Shown here piece by piece: positions 26,193-33,160 of a DNA stretch of 64,000 nt. Position numbers and translations under genes: made by a program. The stretch spans positions 1,106-65,105 of the forward strand of contig JACRBX010000097.1 in the NCBI GenBank assembly GCA_016219225.1, in the 5' to 3' direction. Source of the stretch: Deltaproteobacteria bacterium (GTDB lineage Bacteria > Desulfobacterota > RBG-13-43-22). The notes below the pieces were generated by a model. The model was not told where the DNA came from, did not search any database, and saw nothing but the letters and a program-made list of their open reading frames with translations. Position 1 is the first letter of the stretch; the number at the start of each line of letters is the position of its first letter.

Positions 26193-26617
26193 GACTCCCC
26201 AAGCGAACGTCCAATATCTTGAAATTTCGCCAATTTTTTAAAATGATCCGTGAGATGAGCATCAGTCGACCTCCAAAATTTTCCAACTTTCAATAACAGG
26301 ATTTTCGATGACCACCTGTTTCATCTATCAAGCTCCGAAAAAGGTTTTGGAGAAAGGGGAGATTGGAATATTACTTCTTTTATATAGCGTCAGGTCGGAA
26401 AGTCAAGTCAAATCATTAAATTATAAATTGGAGGGAGGGGCCTACACCGGGAGGGTAGCGAAGCTTATCGATTGCTCCGCCAACGGCGGATGGGGATTGG
26501 GCTGTCCCGATGGATCAAAAAAGGAAAAACGGTCGGCCTTTGCTGAATCCTGACTGGAACTTTGGAACATAATGAAAAATTTGAGGTCTTCAGACCATAA
26601 AACAAAGGGCAGTATAG

Positions 26618-26893
26618 CTATCCTTTATAGCCTTTATAGCCTTTGTCATAGTATGGACTTTTATAGAAATCGCACTGCATACAACTGGCCACTTTCATGG
26701 CAAATTTCCCTTGCACCTTCCCCCCGCAGAGGGTGCCGGCTATCCAGGCACAATGCTTGCCGTGATTCGGGAAGGCAGGACAAACCCCCAATTCCTGGGC
26801 CTTGATTCCTCCTAATTGACGGCCACAATTTTTGAATTCCCAACAATTCACTGTATCCTCCTTGCCAATAAAATTCCTGAAGAAAAGTTTCAA
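26618..26893 (-). CDS. Small Cys-rich protein with an NCWEFKNCG motif (two-CW-domain-like)
   Basis: The NCWEFKNCGRQLGG...GVCPA...HCAWIAGTLCGGKVQG...CMQCDFY pattern has 8 Cys. The C-terminal KGYKGYKG is encoded by a 9-bp tandem repeat. Confidence 0.6.
   Translation of the reverse strand: MKLFFRNFIGKEDTVNCWEFKNCGRQLGGIKAQELGVCPAFPNHGKHCAWIAGTLCGGKVQGKFAMKVASCMQCDFYKSPYYDKGYKGYKG
26622..26648. repeat. 9-bp tandem repeat (CCTTTATAG x2 plus a partial copy) overlapping the 3' end of the Cys-rich gene
   Basis: Read directly from the sequence. Confidence 0.7.
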
Positions 26894-26980
26894 AAACTTC
26901 CCATAAAGGTTTTATCGGATTGGCCGGGAGAAAACTTAAATCCGAAGCGAAAATTCAAGCCAACTCATTGAATTATATAA

Positions 26981-27169
26981 AATAAGGATTGGAAGTACCC
27001 TGCCAAATTACGACGTCTGGCCGATACCCTGGAAGCCGGAAAGAATTTTTCCATCCAGATTTCCGGCGAACGTCTTTACGTCCCGTCGTCGGCCGTGGTC
27101 AATATCGAGCATGAGCGGGAAGGCAATTGGGAAGAGGTGGAATTCCAGATCAAATGGAAGAGGGCCTAA
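26981..27169 (+). pseudogene. Amphi-Trp-domain gene fragment (C-terminal part only, no start codon)
   Basis: The frame ending at TAA 27167-27169 reads NKDWKYPAKLRRLADTLEAGKNFSIQISGERLYVPSSAVVNIEHEREGNWEEVEFQIKWKRA. An in-frame TAA at 26978 lies directly upstream, and there is no ATG, GTG or TTG in between. Confidence 0.5.
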
Positions 27170-27204
27170 GCCGAAGGGGGAAGCTGGAAGCAGGAAGATA
27201 ATTT

Positions 27205-28377
27205 TCAGGCTTCTGAAACCGCCATCTCAAATTTTTCCACTAAAAAAAACTCCAACACTTCTCTGACCGCCCGAATCTGGTTGCCGAAAGGCAAAGGTTC
27301 CGACCCTCTGAAAAACAATCCCTTTTCAATATCTCCCCGCTGAGCGGCTGCCAGACGGGTCTCAATACAAAATTGTCCGGCAGCCGGATTGCCGGATTTG
27401 AAGCCGCAATGGATGAGGCAATTTAAATTGCGGATACATTTTGCCTGCTCCGGATCAGCGTTGGCCCTCATCTCAACTTCCTGAGCCAGATAACGCTTCA
27501 GCCAGGGTGTTCTCACCGCCCGCGCCGGAAGACCGGCCGCGCTCATAAAGGTGACGATATCCTTAGAAGTGGCTTCAGCCAGTACCCGTTTGAAGTTGAG
27601 ATGGGCATCACCTTCTTCGGTTACGGCAAAAGGGGTTCCGATTTGTGCGCCACTGGCGCCCAGGTTAAAAAGGTTCTTCAAAGTTAATAAAGAATTGATC
27701 CCGCCGGCAGGAATCAAAGGGATGCTGTTTACCTTAATCCCTAATTCCTTAAAGACGCCCCGAACCGCTTCCAACACATGGGTAAAGTCAAATTTGGGAT
27801 CCATGACTTCTTCTATCCGTGGTGATCCCAGATGTCCTCCGGCATATCGGGGGTGCTCGATCACAATGGCATCCGGCAGACGGTCTTTTCGCATCCATTT
27901 TTTCAAAACCGCCCGGACGCCACGCTCTTCGGATAATATGGGAATCAAGGCTACTTCATCAAAACCGCGTACCAGATCAGGCAGATCCATAGGCAACCCC
28001 GCTCCCATAATGATGGCATTAGCCCCACTGATACAGGCCTGACGCACCAGATCCGCGTAATGCGGCAAGGCCTTCATAACATTGACGGCCAAAAATCCGG
28101 CAGCCTTGCAGATGTCCCGGGCGCTTGTAATTTCCCGGTCCAAAGCCTCCAGATTGCTTTCGGCCAAAGTGGCATGGTCCCGGCAATTGCGCGTACGCTC
28201 CATGATGTCCGGATGCAAACGGCGCAACTCCACGCTGGCAATGGTCCCTATGGCACCTTCTTTGGCTACGGTTCCGGCCAGCCGATGGGCCGAAATCCCT
28301 ATGCCCATCCCGCCCTGGATAATGGGCAACAATTTTCGTCCTTTCAAAGTCAATAAAGGAAAAACAGATTTAATCAT
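27205..28377 (-). CDS. Nitronate monooxygenase-family FMN oxidoreductase (NPD / FabK-like)
   Basis: PIIQGGMGIGIS N-terminal motif and the later GAGLP and PAGGI motifs typical of PF03060-type TIM barrels. Confidence 0.8.
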   Translation of the reverse strand: MIKSVFPLLTLKGRKLLPIIQGGMGIGISAHRLAGTVAKEGAIGTIASVELRRLHPDIMERTRNCRDHATLAESNLEALDREITSARDICKAAGFLAVNVMKALPHYADLVRQACISGANAIIMGAGLPMDLPDLVRGFDEVALIPILSEERGVRAVLKKWMRKDRLPDAIVIEHPRYAGGHLGSPRIEEVMDPKFDFTHVLEAVRGVFKELGIKVNSIPLIPAGGINSLLTLKNLFNLGASGAQIGTPFAVTEEGDAHLNFKRVLAEATSKDIVTFMSAAGLPARAVRTPWLKRYLAQEVEMRANADPEQAKCIRNLNCLIHCGFKSGNPAAGQFCIETRLAAAQRGDIEKGLFFRGSEPLPFGNQIRAVREVLEFFLVEKFEMAVSEA

Positions 28378-28419
28378 TTGATCACCTTGTTCTTTTAAAT
28401 AGTTTGGTATTCAGGTATC

Positions 28420-28446
28420 CCAACCCGGACCAGCCGGAACCAAAAT
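28420..28446 (+). repeat. 27-nt motif CCCAACCCGGACCAGCCGGAACCAAAA (copy 1 of 3)
   Basis: The same string occurs at 63976-64000, and with small changes at 50309-50343. TGGTCCGGG at 28480-28488 can pair with CCCGGACCA. Confidence 0.7.
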
Positions 28447-28595
28447 TGGTTATCTCAAACATCGGGAAGATTTTCATTTGGTCCGGGTAGAGGGCCTGTT
28501 TTTTATAAATTCTTTCCAAGTTGCGTAGATTTTTATTCTTAAGTCACTAAAAGGAAAGAAGCAGAAAATGCGGAAAATTTCTTTCTTCTTGAATC

Positions 28596-29093
28596 TCAGG
28601 ACAGGGAAGATAAAACCTCGGCCGCTTCGTCCTGCACTTCGCCATCTTCGGCGATGGCCTTCAGAGTGCGGAGTTTGCTTAAAAAGGCCTGCTGGTCTCT
28701 CAGAGAGCGCCCGGGATAAACCGTCGCCATCTTTTTCAGCAATTCGACAACGATCTCGGGATCTTCATAATCCAGAAACAGGAACTGGGTCCCCCAATGG
28801 GTGGGAAGGCCGTATTCCTCGAGATATTGTTTGGCCAGAGCATGAAATTTACGGGATCCGAAATTCTCAAGCAAGGTACCGGCAGCCTTTTCATGGGCCG
28901 CGGTCCCCTGCTTGCCCCGGAAATGTTTATTGGCCTCTTTTAAGGCCATTTTTCGAAGCCATTCATCCTTGCCTTTTTTCCCCCGGGTCGGCCGAGGTCC
29001 TTTGGACACATGGCTGCTTCGATCCTTGCGTTGATCGATTTCCCGCCAGGACGGACGTTCCCGTTCCCGGTCTTCTTCATCGCGGTCGGACAT
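28596..29093 (-). CDS. Hypothetical protein with a highly charged N-terminus
   Basis: Clean 165-aa ORF with an ordinary C-terminal helical composition. I recognised no family. Confidence 0.55.
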   Translation of the reverse strand: MSDRDEEDRERERPSWREIDQRKDRSSHVSKGPRPTRGKKGKDEWLRKMALKEANKHFRGKQGTAAHEKAAGTLLENFGSRKFHALAKQYLEEYGLPTHWGTQFLFLDYEDPEIVVELLKKMATVYPGRSLRDQQAFLSKLRTLKAIAEDGEVQDEAAEVLSSLS

Positions 29094-29111
29094 GAAAACC
29101 CCCCCAAAAGA

Positions 29112-29180
29112 GCAAGGTGCAAGGTATAAGGTGTAGGGCTTAGAATTTTACCTTGAACCTTGGACCTTGAACCGTAAACC
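29112..29180. repeat. Hairpin built from complementary heptamer arrays
   Basis: The left arm is GCAAGGT GCAAGGT ATAAGGT GTAGGGC. The right arm is ACCTTGA ACCTTGG ACCTTGA ACCGTAA ACC. The arms pair with mismatches recurring at heptamer spacing. Confidence 0.75.
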
Positions 29181-29181
29181 T

Positions 29182-30540
29182 TTATTGATCATTCTTCAGC
29201 GGCGGTTGACCGGTTGACTCCAGGACACTCATCCACATATTGCCTCCCACATCCACTTGCTTTCTCCGGGCTCCTGCGGCCCGGATGGGGATATGAACAT
29301 ACTCATTGTTCCAGAGGCTGACCAGCATATTGGTTTTTCCGGCCATACCGGCATGGACGGCATGCTGACCCAAAAATCCGCAAAAGATACGATCGCTGGA
29401 ATTGGCCGGCTGGCTGCGAATGATATAACTGGGATCGATATATTTGAGATTGATCTCCATGTTAAGGTGGCTGAAATGCCGCCGGATGCGTTCGGCCAAA
29501 AAAATCCCGATGTCTTTTAATTTGATATTGCCGGAAGGATCTCTTTCTTCAGGGAGACCGTCCAGATATTTTTGTCCGGCCCCTTCGGCCACCACGATAA
29601 CCCCGTGCCCTCTCTCCTTCAGCCTTTTCTGCACGGCGGCTAATAACCCCTGAGGGCCTTCCAGATCAAAGTCGTATTCCGGGATCAACACAAAATTGAC
29701 CTCCCGGGAAGCCAGCGCGGCATGGGCGGCAATAAATCCGGAATAGCGCCCCATGAGCTTGACCATGCCGATACCATTGGGGGCCCCTACGGATTCGACA
29801 TGGGCGCTTCGAATTACCTTGGCGGCATCCTCTACGGCTGTTTCAAAGCCGAAAGATTTTTCCACTAACGAGATGTCATTGTCAATGGTCTTGGGGATAC
29901 CGATAACCGAAGTAATCAGCCCCCGTTTTTTTATTTCTTCGACGATGAGATCCGCCCCTCTTAATGTGCCGTCTCCTCCGATGGTAAAGAGGATATTGAT
30001 ATTGAGTTGTTGGAGGGTATCCACGATTTCTTCGACCTTATATTGACCCCTCGACGAGGAGAGGATCGTTCCCCCCAATTCATGGATATAAGAGACCCGT
30101 TCGGGAGTCAAATCAATGACCGGGTGGCCGTATTCTGGGATAAAACCTTGATATCCGTAAGGAATGCCAATAATATTCCGGACCCCGTAAATAAAATAAA
30201 GCTCTAAAACAATGGCCCGGATAACATCATTTTCCCCCGGGCATAACCCGCCGGCGGTAACGATTGCACATTTGGTCTTCTTGGGTGAAAAAAAAATTTT
30301 CTGCCGGGGCCCGGCCTTCTCAAAAGTCAAAGGGGGCTCCCCCTTCCGGAGGCATTCGAGAAAATGTTGTTCAGAAATGTCGATAAGGATCCTTTCCTGG
30401 TCATCGACAAAATTCTCGGAAGGGCGAAGGCAAGTCAGGGGATCTTCAAAAGGGAGACAGTGGACAGGGGAATCGATCTTGGGAATCCCTATTTGCTCAA
30501 TGACGGTGTTTTCCTTGGTCAATTGGTTTAAATAACTCAA
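29182..30540 (-). CDS. 6-phosphofructokinase (ATP- or PPi-dependent, long form)
   Basis: TAGGLCPGEND, TIGGDGTLRGA and GIPKTIDNDI motifs. Confidence 0.85.
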   Translation of the reverse strand: MSYLNQLTKENTVIEQIGIPKIDSPVHCLPFEDPLTCLRPSENFVDDQERILIDISEQHFLECLRKGEPPLTFEKAGPRQKIFFSPKKTKCAIVTAGGLCPGENDVIRAIVLELYFIYGVRNIIGIPYGYQGFIPEYGHPVIDLTPERVSYIHELGGTILSSSRGQYKVEEIVDTLQQLNINILFTIGGDGTLRGADLIVEEIKKRGLITSVIGIPKTIDNDISLVEKSFGFETAVEDAAKVIRSAHVESVGAPNGIGMVKLMGRYSGFIAAHAALASREVNFVLIPEYDFDLEGPQGLLAAVQKRLKERGHGVIVVAEGAGQKYLDGLPEERDPSGNIKLKDIGIFLAERIRRHFSHLNMEINLKYIDPSYIIRSQPANSSDRIFCGFLGQHAVHAGMAGKTNMLVSLWNNEYVHIPIRAAGARRKQVDVGGNMWMSVLESTGQPPLKNDQ

Positions 30541-30559
30541 AGGTCTTTCCCTCCTTGTG

Positions 30560-31531
30560 TTATCTGAATTTAAAATCCCCCTTGCCCAATAAATCGTGAA
30601 GGTGCAGAATACCGACTACCCGCCGATCCGGATCGACGATCGGCAGAATAGTAATCAGGTACTGTTCCATCATCTCCAAGGCCTCCGAAGCCTGGATCTC
30701 GGGGGATATGGATTTGGGGTTGAGGGTCATGACCTCGCCGGCCAGGGTCTCTTCCAGGGGGGCCTTTCGTTTGATAATCCGTCTCAAGTCCCCGTCAGTT
30801 ATGATCCCCGACAAAAAATGTTCTCCGCCTTCCACAACCAGAGTGGCACCCAGGTCCTTGTCGTCCATCTCCTGGATGGCTTCGATCAAGGTCTGCGCCG
30901 GAGAAACCATGGGTATCTGATCGCCGGTCAGCATGACCTCGGAGACCTTGACGGACAACCTTTCGCCTAACGTCCCTCCGGGATGGAAGCGTTTAAAATC
31001 CTGATGGTTGAACTGGCGCCGTTTTATCAGGGCTACGGCCAGAGCATCCCCCATAGCCAGGGCCGCAGTGGTACTGGTGGTCGGCGCTAATCCCAAGGGA
31101 CAGGCCTCTTTCTCCACTCCGACATCGATCACCAGGTCACTTTGTTTGGCCAGGGTCGATGCACAATTTCCGGTAAAGGTAATCAGCCTGGCCCCGATGC
31201 GCGTCAGACTGGGTAGAATAATAGTCAGCTCCCCGGTCTCGCCGCTGTTGGAAATAGCCAGAACGATATCTTTAGCAGTGACCATACCCAGATCCCCATG
31301 CATGGCCTCTACCGGATGCAAAAACAAAGCGGGGGTACCGGTACTGTTTAAAGTGGCCACGATCTTCCGGGCCACGATCCCGGACTTGCCGATACCGGTC
31401 AGGATGACCCGGCCTTTGAGCTGATAGATGGCTTCAACCGCCTTTTCAAAGGCCGGTCCCAGTTTGGGGATCAGATCCAAGATCCCCTGGGCTTCAATCT
31501 CCAAGACTTCCCTGGCTTCATCCAGAAGCAT
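30560..31531 (-). CDS. kdsD: Arabinose-5-phosphate isomerase (KpsF/GutQ/KdsD family: SIS domain plus two CBS domains)
   Basis: SIS motifs (GIGKSG, ISNSGET) followed by tandem CBS repeats. It lies in the same region as waaA. Confidence 0.88.
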   Translation of the reverse strand: MLLDEAREVLEIEAQGILDLIPKLGPAFEKAVEAIYQLKGRVILTGIGKSGIVARKIVATLNSTGTPALFLHPVEAMHGDLGMVTAKDIVLAISNSGETGELTIILPSLTRIGARLITFTGNCASTLAKQSDLVIDVGVEKEACPLGLAPTTSTTAALAMGDALAVALIKRRQFNHQDFKRFHPGGTLGERLSVKVSEVMLTGDQIPMVSPAQTLIEAIQEMDDKDLGATLVVEGGEHFLSGIITDGDLRRIIKRKAPLEETLAGEVMTLNPKSISPEIQASEALEMMEQYLITILPIVDPDRRVVGILHLHDLLGKGDFKFR

Positions 31532-31541
31532 GATCCGCCGA

Positions 31542-32951
31542 CTATCTTTCCAGACAAAGCTTGGTAAAGGCGGTATCGGGCTCTACCGAGTAGCGGCCAT
31601 TAAAACAAGCCAGGCAAAAACTGGACTCCGGCAAACCGGTAGCCTCCACCATGCCTCCCATGCTCAAATATCCCAGACTGTCCAGCTCTAAAAACTTCCT
31701 GATATCCTCGACCGAATGGTGACAGGCGATCAACTCCCCTTTGGTGGAAAAATCAATCCCGTAATAACAGGGAAACTGGTGGGGAGGACAACTGACCAGC
31801 ATGTGGACTTCACTGGCCCCGGCCGATCGGACGGCCTGGACCCGGGTACGACTGGTGGTCCCTCGAATAATGGAATCTTCGATGATGACCACCCGTTTCC
31901 CTTTAAGGACCGAACGGACCGGATTCAGCTTTACCCGAACGCCAAAATCCCGCATACTCTGGGAAGGCTGAATAAAGGTCCGCCCGACATAATGATTGCG
32001 GATGACCCCCATTTCAAAAGGGATTTTGGAGGCCTCGGCAAATCCGAGGGCGGCGTAATTTCCGGAGTCCGGAAAGGGCATGGCCAGGTCCCCCTGGGGT
32101 TGAAATTCCTTGGCCAGCATCTGCCCTAATCGTTTACGCACCTGATAGACATTTTGTCCGAAGATATAACTATCCGGCCGGGCGAAATAAATAAACTCAA
32201 AGATGCAAAAGGCACTTTGGGTCTTGGCAGCAGGCTTAACCGACCGCAGGCCGTTCTGGTTTATAAAAATAATTTCTCCGGGCTCAATATCCCTGACATA
32301 TTGGGCCTCGATCAAATCCAGGGCGCAGGTTTCGGAAGCCAGCACATAAGCCCCATTTAACTTCCCTAAGCACAGAGGCCGGAACCCATGGGGATCACGG
32401 GCCCCAATCAATTGGTCCTGGGTTAAAAGGAGCATGGAATAGGCCCCCTGGACTTGCGATAAGGCATGGATCAGGGCCGACTCAAAACCTTGTTCCATAC
32501 TATGGGCGATAAGATGGATAAAGATCTCGCTGTCCATGGTGGACTGGAAGATGGAGCCTTTCTTTTCCAGACTCTGCCGCAACTCATGGGCGTTGGTCAG
32601 ATTCCCGTTATGGGCAATGGCCAGGGCCATTCCGGCATGAGAGACCAGGAAGGGCTGGGCATTTTTCAACATGGAAGACCCGGTCGTAGAGTAACGCACA
32701 TGTCCGATAGCCAGGTTTCCATGAAGGGCGGACAGGCTCTGTTCATTAAAAACATCCGCCACCAGGCCCATGCCCTTTTGTTCCCGGACCTGGGAGCCAT
32801 CGGAGATGACAATCCCGGCGCTCTCTTCCCCACGGTGTTGGAGGGCGTAGAGGCCAAAATAGGTCAGCTTAGCGGCTTCCGGATGCCCATGGATCCCGAA
32901 AATGCCACACTCTTCTTTTAATTCCTGATCCTCATAAATCGGGTACATCAT
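31542..32951 (-). CDS. purF: Amidophosphoribosyltransferase
   Basis: CGIFGI Ntn nucleophile region, a PRTase motif (VVIIEDSIIRGTT), and C-terminal Cys residues typical of the Fe-S type PurF. Confidence 0.95.
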   Translation of the reverse strand: MMYPIYEDQELKEECGIFGIHGHPEAAKLTYFGLYALQHRGEESAGIVISDGSQVREQKGMGLVADVFNEQSLSALHGNLAIGHVRYSTTGSSMLKNAQPFLVSHAGMALAIAHNGNLTNAHELRQSLEKKGSIFQSTMDSEIFIHLIAHSMEQGFESALIHALSQVQGAYSMLLLTQDQLIGARDPHGFRPLCLGKLNGAYVLASETCALDLIEAQYVRDIEPGEIIFINQNGLRSVKPAAKTQSAFCIFEFIYFARPDSYIFGQNVYQVRKRLGQMLAKEFQPQGDLAMPFPDSGNYAALGFAEASKIPFEMGVIRNHYVGRTFIQPSQSMRDFGVRVKLNPVRSVLKGKRVVIIEDSIIRGTTSRTRVQAVRSAGASEVHMLVSCPPHQFPCYYGIDFSTKGELIACHHSVEDIRKFLELDSLGYLSMGGMVEATGLPESSFCLACFNGRYSVEPDTAFTKLCLER

Positions 32952-32975
32952 GTTTTTTCACCTGCTGATTAAAAA

Positions 32976-33153
32976 GGATTCAAGGGGTCAAGGGGTCAAG
33001 GATTCAGATGAAAGGCTTGGAATTTAAACCCTGCAGTTCCCCGGAGGGGAACCTTTTTCATAGCTCGACGAATCGGCTCCCAAAAGGGAGCCTCTTCGGA
33101 AGCTCGGCTGAGCCGAGCGGGCCGAGCGGCTGAATCCTGGAATCCTTGAACCC
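32976..33153. repeat. Structured intergenic block: inverted 8-mer arrays flanking three perfect hairpins
   Basis: GATTCAAG GGGTCAAG GGGTCAAG GATTCAG (32976-33007) opposes CTGAATCC TGGAATCC TTGAACCC (33130-33153). The hairpins are GTTCCCCggaGGGGAAC (33036-33052), GGCTCCCaaaaGGGAGCC (33075-33092) and GCTCGGCtgaGCCGAGC (33102-33118). Confidence 0.75.
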
Positions 33154-33160
33154 GCCTCTT

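Noticed and set aside
26308-26553. 81-aa plus-strand ORF in the islet. Also 26572-26805 (plus strand), 26096-26296 (plus strand) and 23922-24245 (minus strand).
   Set aside because: No RBS and odd composition. They overlap or abut better-supported minus-strand genes or fragments, and I see no family resemblance.
33036-33058. Hairpin plus T-run considered as a Rho-independent terminator of a plus-strand gene.
   Set aside because: No plus-strand gene lies upstream, because carB and purF are both on the minus strand. I kept it only as part of the structured-spacer finding.
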